Shown: positions 50,782 through 64,000, counted from the stretch's first letter. The stretch is DNA of 64,000 bases from Mytilus trossulus (GCF_036588685.1 NC_086382.1:50197378-50261377); one strand, 5' to 3'. Numbers and translations are program-made. Notes: generated by a model from the sequence alone, not told the origin.

Positions 50782-52610
50782 TGGTATCAATGTAAGATTA
50801 TCTATTAACTGATGGTAATGATGCAATTATATTAAAATTTTGTTTATCAGTTTCAGTTACAAAATTCCCCTACTATCATGGATCTCTGTTTAATCTAATC
50901 TAAAGTCACCCAAAACAAACAATTTCACCTGATACATAAAGATTTCACTACCAAATAGGTATTTGAAGGGCTAAAGATGATATTAAATTCACTTAATATC
51001 ATATGTTTTTATAGTCATATTTTTAGAAGTAAGTTTATTAAGTTTTTTCCTGTGATGAAAATTTTTTTGTTATATCTATTTATACTTTGTGATAAAAAAA
51101 AAAGGTTTTGGTTTTGTGATAATGATTTGTATTATATTTAATAAAAAAAGGATAGGATAAAATTTGTTATTCTAATTCTGCAATTAACTTGAAAATGAAA
51201 ATAGCACTTTAAAGATTTGTGAATGTATAAAGCACAGGTTCAGCTCGGTCAGAATCATGAATAGTTTTTGTTGTACTTTTTACCATCAAGTAAATAAATG
51301 TGTTTATTGGACTTGGATCATTTACCAAATCTACAATCCTGGTTCAATGTTTCTCAGGTCATAACGTATTAAGGGTTATTCAAAGAAAATGCAGAAACAC
51401 TATAAAAGAGGGGCAAAAGATACCTGAGGAACAGTCAAACTCATAGATCCAAAATAAACTGAAAATACAATGGCTAATAACAAAAAAGACAAACAGACAA
51501 ATAATAGTACACAAGACATAACATAGAAAACATAAGACTAAGCAACAAGAACCCCACCAAAAACGGTGGATGATCTCAGGTGTTCCAGAAAGATAAATAG
51601 ATATTGCTCCACATGTGGCACCAGTCATGTTTCTCACGTTATTAAAAATCTGGTAAATAGTCTTATTTGGTAGATCACATTACGAAAGAATGATTTCAAC
51701 TTCACCATTTGGAACTCTTTGTTTAAAAGCTTCCTTGTGAACAACAACCCTCTATCAAGGAAATCATGATAGGAAATACAAGCATATCATATCAATTGAC
51801 AGGTATATACTCTGAACTCAGGCACTGCCGAAATGTTGCTACATAGAAATTGAAAGTTTACAATTGGGAAGCTGAAATCATCTCTTTTGTCAAAAAGTTT
51901 TGTTTTCAACCAACCCTCATTGTCAATTTCTAGATGTTAGTCAAGATATGAGGCAGACTTTGCTGTATCCGTTGTATATCGGTTATCTCTAGTTCGATAG
52001 GATAGATGCATTCAGCATTTTCATCAAATTTGACACAATTTTCCACTGAACCCGAAACTGATGGCTGATTATAGGATGTGAAATGTCAAATTAAAAGAAA
52101 CTATTTGCATACCTGCCAACTTCTCAAAAAATCCAAGGGAAGATGGTTCCCTAAACAGGACCAAATGCATCTCTTATTTCTTCTTCCGTTAACACCCATA
52201 TACCACAACCACTGATAATAATCATACTAATAAATAACAACAAATAGTAAAGTGCAATACCACACGACAGAGCCGAGGGCTGGTTTAATAACAACCATTA
52301 AATGATATTAATTGTATACAAATTTCGAATCAGTACGAAAAGTCATCATTTATATAGATATATATACAACTCGTCTAAACATCAACCAAATTAGATCTGT
52401 AAATTTGCTTCCGCAAATTCTTGTTCTTCCCTCGCCGGGATACGAACCTATGCTACTGAGATATCGTGACACCAAATCGCCTGCACTCTAGCCTTCCCGC
52501 TAGATAGATATATATATATATATGTATTAGTATTTCAATACACACAAACATTTGTAAACAATCGATCTCTTAATGCATGATACAAACTAATATCAAATAG
52601 CATGGATGTA

Positions 52611-52889
52611 AAAATTAACGTGACCTATCGAGTAGACCCTGTCGTGCCGAATGATTTAACCGCCAAATCACACAAACCACTTAACCTAAACGCCACCTAT
52701 ATGGGCAGACAATTCAGAAGAAAATAATTTCATTCTAATTCATAAAATCAACCGACTGAAATTATATTTCTTCTTCCGTTAACACCCATATACCACAACC
52801 ACTGATAATAATCATACTAATAAATAACAACAAATAGTAAAGTGCAATACCACACGACAGAGCCGAGGGCCGAAAACACAAAGAACGGG

Positions 52890-52930
<41 letters not shown>

Positions 52931-55900
52931 TGATCTATATCATGTAATAAAGATCTGAAAATAATGCTAGAAATTATCCAAAGAATCCTTCACGATAATA
53001 TCGTTTACCGTTTCGGAACACCATCTACCGTGTCTCTATAAACTTAAAACCTAAATTAGCACAAGCACTAGCACCTTCAGACCTAAAACTGTGAAACCCA
53101 TAACACTTACTATGAAGAACATACGACAGAACACTTCAATAAAGGGCTCGCGCATCCTATAGTATGACACTGGCGTATTCTTTTACGTAAAACATCAACA
53201 TCTAAACATTTGGAAAAAATCCAAACAAAAAGTAGAATAAAATAAATAAATAAGTAACCCCATCAAAATAGCTAGAAAAATCTGCCCAATGCAGAAATAA
53301 ATCAAATGTTTCACTGACACTTATACGAATGACACTGAATCGCCTTCTCTCAATCTGTATACGCTTGTTTTGAAACGTTAAATGACAATAGAAATAAAAT
53401 GATCTAAAATAACTTAAAATAATCACTTCGTCGAATAGATAGCAACTCAACTCGCAAAAGCACTGAAACACGTACAAATATCAAATACGCTGATTATACA
53501 AGTCACCAAAAGAAAACATAACAACCCACATTACATGCAGTAATTCTAACGAAACAGGCTCCTTTATATTCGTAGGAGTAGGCAAGCTACGCCTCACATC
53601 TTCTAGTAGGTTAATTACTAAAGACGAATTCGTCGGTAAACATGATGATCCAATAAGAGAACGTATCCACTGTAAAGAGTAAAACGGTTGTTCAACTGGA
53701 CTAACAGTATTTCTCGAATGTGTCAATACAGCTAAATATAAAACAACGTAAAAAGCTTTTGCTGGTACAGTATAACCATTTTCAATTCTGTTTGATGCAG
53801 CCCAATTATTCCAGCGTAAAATACTCAGATAATATCCTTTATAGTCGAAACTGCTAAGATTCCTACATAAGTTCTGAGAGAAAATTCACTTTGCTAACTA
53901 GTGAAGCAGGTTAATTCTGCAATTCTTCCGGTGAGTGCCTGCAAAAATATATTTGTAATTAAAAAATAAAACATAACTAATAAAAGCAATCTAAAATTAT
54001 AACTATCAGCTAAGTACTATGCATCTAATTATCCACAAAATTCATATGAAATCTCAAATCAAAAACTGAGATTCAAATCTAGTAAAGCTAGTAATATATA
54101 CCAGATCAAGAGAGATCTATCATATACATGCAAGAGATCAAGAGAGATCTATCATATTCATGCTCACATCAAAGTGATCTATAATACATACTCACATCAA
54201 AGTGATCTATAATACATGCTCACATCAAAGTGATATATGACTGGATGAAAAATCCATCATTAATGCTATAAAATATGCAAATGTTAAATCAACATTGCCA
54301 AATATGGTCTTTTTACTCTACCAGCTATATAAGCATGTCTGTAAGTAGAAAGATCCATAAAATTTGTCACTTCAGAAAAGAAACCATCACCATATAGAAA
54401 AACCATCACCATATAGAAAAAGCTTTAGCCAAAAAAAAACAGCAGAGAGCCAGTATAGAGTAAAAGTTTAATTTTCACTGTCGAAAATACATTAATTCTT
54501 GTGGGAACAAAGAAACAGGTGAAACGAACAACCCGTTAATCCCTCGTCAATCAACCGTGAAAGCGTCAATACCTGACGAATTCACATTCCAAAATCTGGA
54601 ATAAAAAACTATCAATTTAAAAATTGTCACCTGAGGTAAACTAGTCAACCTCATGAGGTCCCCTAAGGGATTCAACTATCTGAAATACAAATTCAGAATT
54701 AGCCTGTAGCCAATCATCAACTATCTGAAATACAAATTCAGAATTAGCCTGTAGTCAATCATGTTAATCAACAATCCGACTAAGATAATCTGCTCTCTTA
54801 TCCTCAGTACGTAGACTCACTACCATGTCAATATAAACATTGTGCAATATATATGTGCTAAAATGTCTAAAATCAACTTTTGCAATACTGATGTCGTGCT
54901 CCTTTTACTAACAACATTTTTAAATGTGGTTACTAGTAATCTTATATTGTTGCAAGCTAAAAAGTTTATCAACGACAAAAATACATTTTTCACTACTGTG
55001 AACTCCTTCCATTTGGAACTTGTAGAAACCTCACATTCTATAAACCACATATCGTGAACAATATTACATGGGTTTTCACTGTACGCTATAGTCTGCCAAG
55101 AACTTCAGATTTATAAGGTTTAATATTGGCTTCATGTGCATTTAAAACCTTAAATCTTTTTATTAATAAGACCAATACTGTCTACAGATAAATGTATATT
55201 ACTGCTCCAGTATGAATGAACACTATTTATATCATAAGACAAATGTTTTGTCAATAAATATACAATATTGCCTATAACTTGAGAAATAGATATATTAAGC
55301 TGTCCTGGCTACCAAAGAAGCTATATCTCCCTAACAAATACTTTCCGTTTTAGCTAAACACAAATCAATGTATGATTGTCAGGAATAGTAAAAACTCCTT
55401 TATCTTAGGCCCTGAAATTATAAGGTTTTAATAGTAGTCCACAGACGTCTCAGCCTTGGGTATAAAACCGCTACTTGTTGTATTACATAATTCCTCATCG
55501 TCTGAGTACATAATAATCTGCTTATTTTCTTCTCTCCATTTTAATGAGATATTCTAGTAAAACTATAACAAGCAGAAACACCGTTAAAGTCCCATACAAA
55601 TCATAGATATTTAGCATGAGGTGGAAACATATATAGACTAATGTATAACATACTTAAACGTATATGAATTGGTATAAATGTAATGTTTTGCAATACGCAT
55701 ATCTTCAAAGTTTACACTTGTCTTCCGCAAATACCTGTCATATTCTGTCTCAAATCTGATTTTTAACGTGTTGTTTAACTGAACAGAAACAGTTAACGGA
55801 TTCACAACAAAGTGAATATTTGACATCTCTACAATTAAATCAAAGCTAATAAATTAGTAATCGCTGATTTAACAAAAGAGGTATCTTAAAAATAATAAAT

Positions 55901-56612
55901 TATTTGACAAACAATAATCGATATTGTATGAATAGAAAGGTAATATACAACCATCTCTTATAGTATCTATAATAAATATAGGCGTATCAATATCCATTTA
56001 AAATTGAATGTTTCTGCTAAGTCTATCCTTAATAATAATATCAGGCTGACCTACTTGATCTTCAATAAAATCATTGGTCAAATTATAACCAATACAATTA
56101 TCTATTATAGCTAAAATTTATAGATAATTTAAATACTCATCTTTCAAAATTTCACTGAGGCCAGGTTTGGTGGGTGATTTACTTCTGTTCACATACGGAC
56201 TGCTGGACATGTAGTGTGTTTAGGACACACAAGAGTAGTATATTCCCATTTTCTTTTCTCTTCACCTGGTACTCCATCAACTGATTAGCACACTGTAACT
56301 TATCCAAGTCCTCCAAATTTCTCTCTACCACCAATAATTGCCGACTCAGTACCTCTACTTTGTTGATTTAAAGCAGTTAAAACAGTTCTCAATGAAATAT
56401 CGGGTTCACCTTCATAATCCAAGACTAAATTCGAACGTACTAATCGACTAACACAGCTAGAAAAATTAACGTGACCTATCGAGTAGACCCTGTCGTGCCG
56501 AATGATTTAACCGCCAAATCACACAAACCACTTAACCTAAACGCCACCTATATGGGCAGACAATTCAGAAGAAAATAATTTCATTCTAATTCATAAAATC
56601 AACCGACTGAAA
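52611..56612 (+). mobile_element. Region bounded by ~155-bp direct repeats (52611-52770 and 56461-56612). A second repeat pair at 52176-52285 / 52762-52870 and an A38 tract at 52890-52927. Possible degenerate retroelement
   Basis: Direct repeats 'aattaacgtgacctatcgagtagaccctgtcgtgccgaatgatttaaccgcc…' identical at both ends. No recognisable gag/pol ORF inside. Confidence 0.3.
54100..54245 (+). repeat. Short tandem repeats (~30 bp 'ctcacatcaaagtgatctataatacat' x3, preceded by 'caagagatcaagagagatctatcata' x2). Another 46-bp x2 repeat at 54660-54760
   Basis: Seen in sequence. Confidence 0.6.
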
Positions 56613-57904
56613 TTATATATATATATGAGATTATATATAAGCAATTATTTTAAACAGAATCATATCTAGCATCCTTTGGGTTTGAAAAATTGTATTTTGG
56701 CTAAAATTTCCTGGAGTCTTCTTAAATTGCCTGTTTTGATATACGGTACTATCAGTTTCAATGATGAGTTCACTTGAAATTACAGGGTACTATATAATCG
56801 ATCATTGTAGAGACTAAAACAGGAATTGTTTTTTTAGTTCTATCTGACGTTAAAACAAGATTAATTATAAACTAAGTGAGGTAACAATTTTTCGCTGAAC
56901 CCCAGAGGCACTTTTCTCAGAATATTTTTTCCCCTATATATCTTTATATAAAGGTATATAAGATTTTTTTCTTCGGAGACGAGTGCCTGAGCTAAACCCA
57001 TTTGGAAGTTTAAGTTTTGATGGTAGTCAAAATATTGTTCTTTACAAAAAGTGTATTGTGATTCATCTCCAAATTCACGAATTTCTTTATAATTGCATAA
57101 CAAATATTTTAACATAAAAAAATTATTTTGAATGGTAAAATGTAAATACATTTTGTATTTGTAGAAGGTACAAATGAAATTGGTTTTGTCAGTTACGTTT
57201 GTACAACCTTTTACAACTTTGGGTTCTCAAAACATTTCAATTTTGTACTTGTAGCTGTTGTTGGAGACAAATTCAGACTAGACCACCTTGTTTCATGTTT
57301 TTTTCGGTAGTTCTTTGATAGGCCCATCACGATCTTTTTTCGTCCGTTTTGTATCCGTCATGGTCTGATCACAATCAGATTGGTTTCATCATAACGCTGA
57401 CTTTAATTGGTTGAATAACCCACCATTTCGTTTTATCAATTTCACTGGCCATGTGAGCTGTCAAATTGACGAAGCAATTGATTTTCATCTTGAGGTCGTC
57501 GAACTTACTAGTCAGGTTCCTCACTCGCTTCCTTAATAAAATCCAAACTTGTCTACCATGCTTTTTTTTTTACGAATGTCTATGTTTTCGATAAAGATAA
57601 AGCTCCTATCTAAGTTTTACTCTGCCACGAATTTCGTTCCCTTCCTCTTTGTTTTAATGCACTATTATATTATTTATTTAAATAATTATCTGTAATGAGT
57701 GTTCCAGTGTTTGTTTGTACTGTATTTCTGTCACGTAGTGTTGTCATTCAAGCGGATTTTTTTTCAAGTAACATTGACATATAAGCTGGAGGTTTGGCTA
57801 ACCATAAGACCAGGTTCAACTCACCTTTTTTTCTTAAAAATGTCCTGTATTGAGGAATATGGCAGTTGTTATTGTAGTCTGTTTCTATGTGTGTTGACGT
57901 TTGC

Positions 57905-58140
57905 TTTTGTTGCAGTTCAGTGCTTTTGTTGTTTCTTTCCTCCTTTATTTCACCAGGACTGTCATAGCTGAAGAAGTGGGTTTTTTTAACACGCTTGGTG
58001 CATTTGACGAAATTAGAATTTGAAATGTTGGTGTTCAGTGTATTTTGTTGTTTCTTTCCTCCAATATTTCACCAAGAACTATCGAAGCTAGAATGAGTTT
58101 TTTTAATACGCTAGATACATTTGTTTAAGTTTGCTACCCG
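57905..58140 (+). repeat. ~120-bp tandem duplication (…ttgttgtttctttcctcc..tatttcacca.gaact.tc..agct…tttttttaa.acgct…)
   Basis: Two adjacent similar copies. A further ~95-bp direct repeat pair at 58756-58845 / 58998-59100. Confidence 0.5.
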
Positions 58141-59974
58141 GATTTGTTTTTGCTTAATTGAACTATGAATATTGAATAGCAGTATACTCCTTTGCCTTTA
58201 TTTGTTTCTAGTTTGGACGTCAACGCTCTTGTAGATGCATGTGCTCCGTAATATTGCTGAACACCGAATAGTTATTTGAAAAAGTTTTCTAAGAGTCGGT
58301 CTTTGTCTTGGCGTGAAGACTTGTGTGCATGTTGATACACATTTTGAGCTATGAAAAAAGTAAAAACACAAAAATACCGAACTCCGAGGAAAATTCAAAA
58401 AGGAAAATCAAAAATCAAAAGGCAAAATCAAAAGTCCAAACACATCAAACGAATGGGTAACAACTGTCATATTCCTGACTTGGTACAGGCATTTTCTAAT
58501 GTAGAAAATGGTGGATTGAACCTGGTTTTATAGCTAGCTAAACCTCTCACTTATATGACAGTCGCATCAAATTCCATTAAATTGTCAACGATGCATGAAC
58601 AAAACAAACATACTCAAAGAGTAAAAATGTCAAAAATAGGGGTACAACAGTCAATATTGTGTTATCATCTTAATATCTCTACATAAACAACAAATGTAAC
58701 AAAGAAGCACAAAAAGGCATACATTAATTTAACATTCTCATTTTGCTTTTCTTATACGGCTGAATTTATCTATGTAAAGTCTACCCATAATGATAGAAGG
58801 TTTCATTACTGGTTTAAAAATGCGCGTTTGAGGTAGACATAAAAATAATTTTGTCGTATGACGGCATACATAAATGAAGACTTACGTAAAGTTGATATAA
58901 CAAAAACAGACTTAACAGTAAAAGTAATAATAATAAATAAAATAATGGTGTGGTTCAAAGTATGACGGGATACATAAGAACAGTTTCACGTCAAATACGG
59001 CTGAATTTATCTATGTAAAGTCTACCCATAAATGATAGAAGGTTTTCATTACTGGTGTAAAATAGCGCGTTTGAAATTCGCACAGGTAGACATAAAAATG
59101 ACTCCTCGAATCCGATCACTGATGTGGGTGATTTTGGTCAATTTCCATTGCTAAGCACGGTTTCAAATTGTGGTAATGAAGTATTCACTTTTTGCAGTTA
59201 TTCAGTTCGTGCACCTTGTTGATATCTTTGTTCTCATTCTCCTTTATTCCTATTATCATGCTCCAACATACAATCGTCACGTTTGATGAGGAATTCTTGG
59301 GGTAATCGATGTCGCATTGAACCATGTACCCCTTCTCGTGATCATTTTAGGGGGCGTTCATTTTTGTTATTCTTGGGGAGGGGGCAGGAGGACTTTGAAA
59401 ATAAATAACTCAGCCTTGATAATCACAAAAATAAATGGTTTAATCTGTGGTAGTTAAATAAATTACCTGACTTGCAATGAATTGAAAATAAATAACTCAG
59501 CAGGTCTAATCGAAAGTATGAGATGGCACTAGATTCTTCATAAATTCATATTTTTCCACAAAAAACATCGTGAAACACTTCCCAAATCTTTAAATGATAA
59601 AAGTATAAATATTATTTAAATATACTTGAAATGTTATTTAACTTGAGGTATATTTTCTCAGGAACACTTACCTCGCTTTTATTAATCCTGGTAATTTTGA
59701 TAACTATTATTACAAGGCCGTTACTTAACCTTGAGGCAAATGCCTCATGTAGGAAATTTCAAAACCGAACGCTTGCCTCCATATCAAATTATGTTTACGG
59801 TGAGTGCCTTGCAAAAAACAAGTTCTGTTCTCTCTCAAAACGTAGCCACTGATTTTTCGGGATCAATGTTTCTTATTTATTTGTCGTTTGTTCATTGATT
59901 ACCCTTTTTTTATTCTGTTAGACTAAGTGTTGCATTCCTTTTGTACTTTAACAGTTTTGCTATTAAATTTATCA

Positions 59975-61140
59975 TCAGGTTATGGCAAGCCGTTCTCGTC
60001 AAAACTATGTTTAAACCATTTTTCGAAAAATTTACACACTGAGAATTACAACAAAGCACACTGAGATTTAAAAACTTCAAAACGCACACTGAGAATTGAA
60101 AATTACACACTTAGAATTGAAAATTACACACTGAGAATTAAAAATTACACACTAAGATTTCATAAAGACGCACTGAGATTACAAAAATGAAAAACGCACA
60201 CTGAGAATTGAAAATTACACACTGAGATTTCAAAAAAACACACTGAGAACAAATAAACTGAAAACACACACTGAGAATTTGAAATTACACACTGAGATTT
60301 GTGCGCACTTTTTATGCGCACATATCTAATTAGCATACTTGATCTGAATCTATTACAAGCTTAAAACAACAAGGGGACAGAACTCGTTAGTCCTTCGATT
60401 TGGTTCCAAATTATTAATAAAAAAACTTTAGAAATACAACAACAAGAAAAATACCCACTAATACTCTTATTACAAAATATAACCAAATGGTGAAAAACTT
60501 TATTAAAATTATAAGAAAACATTGGAACAATCTGCATAAGAATGCAGTGAAATTTTTACCCAAGTGTCTATTATAGCATATCAACGTAACAAAAATATAA
60601 AAGATTAACTAGCGAAACCAGGGAAACAGTTGGAAGACTTTTGAAAAGGGACCCACGGTTTTAAGTTAAAAAAAAATCATCCCGATACACTGGTAGTAAT
60701 GATCTGAATTATAGGCAACAAACTTATGAATATGAGCGTTGTTAAGTCTTGAAATTTATTACGAATGTTGGTTGAAGGAATCGCATTTCATTATAATGAC
60801 AAGAGTTCTTGAGATCAAGATATTAATCGGTTGAATCATTCATCTCATGAATATTCATTAGTAATTTGCATATTAATCTCAGTGTGTATTTTTGAAATCT
60901 CAGTGTGTAATTAACAATTCTCAGTGTGTGTTTTTCAATTTATTTCATCTCAGTGTGTCTTTTTAAAATCTCAGTGTGTAATTTTGAATTCTCAGTGTGT
61001 GTTTTTTATTTTTTTAAATCTCAGTGTGTAATTTCGATTTCTCAGTGTGTTATTTTAGGTTTTTAAATCTCAGTGTGTATTTTTTTCGAAAAAAGGGTTT
61101 AAACATAGTTTTGACGAGAACGGCTTGCCATATCAGGTCT
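59975..61140. mobile_element. Foldback-type element: ~45-bp terminal IRs plus inverted arrays of ~40-bp subterminal tandem repeats (cacactgagaattgaaaattaca… / …tctcagtgtgtaatt…)
   Basis: Left array 60040-60300, right array 60850-61090 in reverse complement. Termini atcaggttatggcaagccgttctcgtcaaaactatgtttaaacc / reverse complement at 61095-61140. Confidence 0.75.
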
Positions 61141-61989
61141 TTTGATGTTGTCCCTACAAACTTAAGTCTTACACTGAATCTATACATTTTGCTGTGAGAC
61201 CAAAATATTGTCAAAAAAATATTAAAATAGAACTTGCATTTTCAGATTAAGAAAGGGTCTGGGGAACACCGAGATAGCATGATTTTGCATAATTTGTTCT
61301 ATAGCTTCTTGGGCCTTCAGTGGCTACAAAATTCTTCAAAATAAATGAAACATGTCTTCCAATACTTTTAAAGACTAGCTACAACCAAACTTTGATACTG
61401 TGTATGTATGCAATACATGTAAATGTAGTTGGTAATATAGAAGATTCTTTTCTGCAAAGGATGATGATAAATTCTGATTAAATGGTACATAATGTCTTGA
61501 CTATACATTTATTATTTATAACAAACAAATAAAAATTGTATGTTTTCGAATATCATAAATATAGTTGTGAAAATATATAAGTAATCAGTCCCTTGCTTTA
61601 ATGAAAATAAAAAAAAATGCTTCAATACTGCAGAAAATAGATTACCTGTCCGCTTAGTTAACAAAAGTAAATAACCGATTAAAAGCAAATCCTTCTGCCC
61701 CCCCCTCCACGAATATTAAATGGTCGTCCCCTTATTAGTTAAGAATTTCTTCGATATCCGCAGGTTCCGTCTGCTCACAATATCCTGTAGGTAGGGGTTG
61801 TGTCATTATCCATCTCTACAGGTAGGTTTGATAATAATTATTGTTCGGTTGTGTTTTGTCGAAGTAGGTTATGTACGGTCTGTTATCCTTGTCCTGTCGA
61901 TAAAATACCATGGCCACGACTTATCTGGGGGTTTTTCTACCTCAGGAATAGATTACCTTAGCTGTATTTGGCAAATCTTTTAGGAATGT

Positions 61990-64000
61990 TTGGTCCTCAA
62001 AGTCATTGAGAAATACGAAGAGATTATCAAAATAATAGATAAATATCCAGGATCAAAAATTACTGTACTCGAAACACCTATTTACTCTATTAGAAACTGG
62101 AATAAAAACAGGGTCACAAAAATCCAGACACATTTGAAGAGCAGGATAAAGAACTAGAGCGTCAACTATTCACATTAAACGGAAGAATACGTGAAATAAA
62201 CAAACATATAGGTAGCCACTCACCTGAATTTTCCTCAGATATAAGCAACACCAGTAAATATCACTGTGGAAAAGACAGAAAACTCAAAACAACGAGAAAC
62301 TACGAGTTCGGACTGTATCAAAACGGGATACACCCAGGCGAGCTACTAGCAAAAAACTGGCTTAAAAAATCTCAGAACAGGCCAAGAGAGATTGCTGGGA
62401 AACTGTACACAAACCACCATTAAAATAAGTTCATTGCAGGCAGATTTAGTCAGCGTGGGTTTTTCCACACTACACTAAATCACTATGTTTGCAATGACAC
62501 TTATTTTACTATTTGTACTACTCAGCATACCAACACAACATAGTAAACCATGGACCCATCAATAACTATTCCAACAACTACTTAATGCTAAACTACACCC
62601 AGCCGGTAGAAGACCAATCTGCCTACCTATCTGCAACACCAAAACCAAATATTTGCTCCTACTATTGATAACGCTAAGTGGAGACATCGAAACAAACCCA
62701 GGACCGCCAAAAAAAGAAACTGTATATCCCTGTGGTCTTTGCGAGCATCCAGTCACATGGAACTGTCGAGGGGTATGTTGTGACGGGTGCAACATCTGGC
62801 ACCACAACTCTTGCATAGAACTATGTTCAAAAAATTATGAACTCTTAGAAAAATCTAATGTACAGTGGATATGCTGCAAATTTGAAAGCATGAACATAAG
62901 CTCATTAACCTTTAGAAGCTATGAATTAGAAACATCAAATATATACGAACAAATAACCGGATTGGACTACACCATGGACTCAATATCATCAGTCTTCAGC
63001 CCACTGAAGTCAAGCAGCCCAAAGAGTGGAAACATGTCATCTCACAGCAAGACAAGGTCATCCATAAACCAAAGGAAATCACATCTCAGTAGCAATCCTT
63101 ACGAGATACCAGAAAAAAACAACCTCCGCATCATGACAATCAACTGCAGGAGCATAAAAGATAAAAAAAAAAAAAAAAAATTTGAGGCAGCACTCCACTA
63201 CTTGAAACCAGACATAGTATGCGCCACAGAATCATGGTTAAAAGGAATAAAACCAGGATCAAATCCAACAAAAGACGCCATAATGTCAAGCGAAATATTC
63301 CCCACCAACTATAATGTATACAGAAATGACAGAGGGACCCTTGGAGGGGGTGTATTTGTGCTTGTAGAGAAATCCATTACATCAGTCGAACAAACATCCT
63401 TAATTACTGATGGAGAAATTGAATGGGTAAAGATCAAAATAAAAAACAACAAAGACTTGCTAGTTGGATCTTTTTACATGCCACACAGAGATCAAAAACA
63501 CCTAAATGAACTACAAAATTCACTTGAGAAAGCCAGGACTAATGGAAACACCAATATCATTCTAACAGGAGATTTCAACTGCCCCGATATCATATGGGAC
63601 ACAGCAACAGCCTTGGACCAGACAGGGAAATCCAACAAGGACTAGTTGATATATCTGAAACATATAATCTGACACAAATACACACTTTACCAACTCGTGA
63701 AGGAAACCTCCTAGATCTTGTATTTGTTACGAACCCAACTCTAGTTAAATCCTCAAATAACGTACCAGGTATATCAGACCATGACATTATAATCGCCGAC
63801 CTGGAAACAAAAGTATACCATCAAAAAAGCTTACATCTACAAGAAGGCGAAATGGGACCAAATCACAACAGACCTTAAACACACCCTAGAAGAGGTCAAA
63901 GAAAAACATCATCAAGGAGCTGAGGTACATCAACTTTGGGACACCTTCAAAAGTCAGCTTCAAAAAACCATGATCACAAATATCCCGAACAAAGAAATAA
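61990..64000 (+). mobile_element. Non-LTR retrotransposon (LINE), 5' region. ORF with 2A-like peptide, PHD-like finger and APE-type endonuclease; continues beyond the window. Frameshifts near 63640 and 63850
   Basis: See CDS 62566-63645. Reading frame continues (ISDHDII… then …KAKWDQITTDLKHTLEEVKEK…) in shifted frames. Confidence 0.65.
62566..63645 (+). CDS. LINE ORF2 N-terminal part: 2A motif LLLLLITLSGDIETNPGP (62683-62706 = DIETNPGP), Cys/His PHD-like finger (CGLC…CCDGCNIWHHNSC), apurinic-endonuclease-like domain (LRIMTINCRS…PDIVCATESWL…GGGVFVLV…LTGDFNCPDIIWD)
   Basis: Open frame from the stop at 62563-62565. D(V/I)ExNPGP preceded by a Leu-rich tract is the canonical 2A 'ribosome-skipping' signature. 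The EEP-endonuclease motifs are typical of LINE ORF2. Confidence 0.65.
   Translation, partial: LFQQLLNAKLHPAGRRPICLPICNTKTKYLLLLLITLSGDIETNPGPPKKETVYPCGLCEHPVTWNCRGVCCDGCNIWHHNSCIELCSKNYELLEKSNVQWICCKFESMNISSLTFRSYELETSNIYEQITGLDYTMDSISSVFSPLKSSSPKSGNMSSHSKTRSSINQRKSHLSSNPYEIPEKNNLRIMTINCRSIKDKKKKKKFEAALHYLKPDIVCATESWLKGIKPGSNPTKDAIMSSEIFPTNYNVYRNDRGTLGGGVFVLVEKSITSVEQTSLITDGEIEWVKIKIKNNKDLLVGSFYMPHRDQKHLNELQNSLEKARTNGNTNIILTGDFNCPDIIWDTATALDQTGKSNKD

Noticed and set aside
63163-63181. A19 run inside the LINE ORF as a poly(A) tail or 3' end
   Set aside because: It is in frame (KKKKKK) within the endonuclease domain with coding sequence on both sides. Likely slippage-prone but not a terminus
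1-64000. Prokaryotic defence-island interpretation of the window
   Set aside because: No long uninterrupted ORFs apart from the repeat-driven one. Clear GT-AG introns, AATAAA signals, SINE/MITE/foldback/LINE content and actin / 14-3-3 / TRIM-NHL homologues indicate an animal nuclear genome

Overview
The window is eukaryotic nuclear DNA: AT-rich, with GT-AG introns and a very high load of interspersed and tandem repeats. From the TRIM-NHL fragment, the 2A-containing LINE and the SINE/MITE-rich introns I infer an invertebrate, most likely a bivalve mollusc genome, not a prokaryotic locus. On the + strand, about nineteen short exons (52..49167) can be chained in one continuous reading frame. They encode the 3' part of a VIT/vWA-family protein of the ITIH / VWA5A / vault-PARP (PARP4) kind. 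It has a vWA-like exon and an ITIH-like 'TSFIAVEKRE' exon. A 1.96-kb proline-rich exon carries 13 in-frame 39-bp repeats (GMPPPAxLQSR) and a WH2-like motif. Basic/PPPPRG exons and an acidic D/E exon follow. The terminal 'DGSW...LELGHCWGQ' region resembles the C-terminus of PARP4/VWA5-type proteins. Two unexpected coding modules lie inside the long intron between exons 11805 and 20982. One is a three-exon 14-3-3-like module (13667..15026) lacking helix 1. The other is a segment 70% identical to the actin N-terminus (17847..18227), flanked by SINE-like direct repeats and a foldback element. Both are exon-phase compatible (class 1-1) with the host gene. Other content: a 60-bp minisatellite that duplicates a splice donor 12 times; a TRIM-NHL pseudogene truncated by a composite satellite-bearing element present three times; tandem-array elements; several foldback/TIR elements; and, at the 3' edge, a non-LTR retrotransposon ORF with a canonical 2A peptide, a PHD-like finger and an APE endonuclease. 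All homology statements come from memory of protein families, not from searches.
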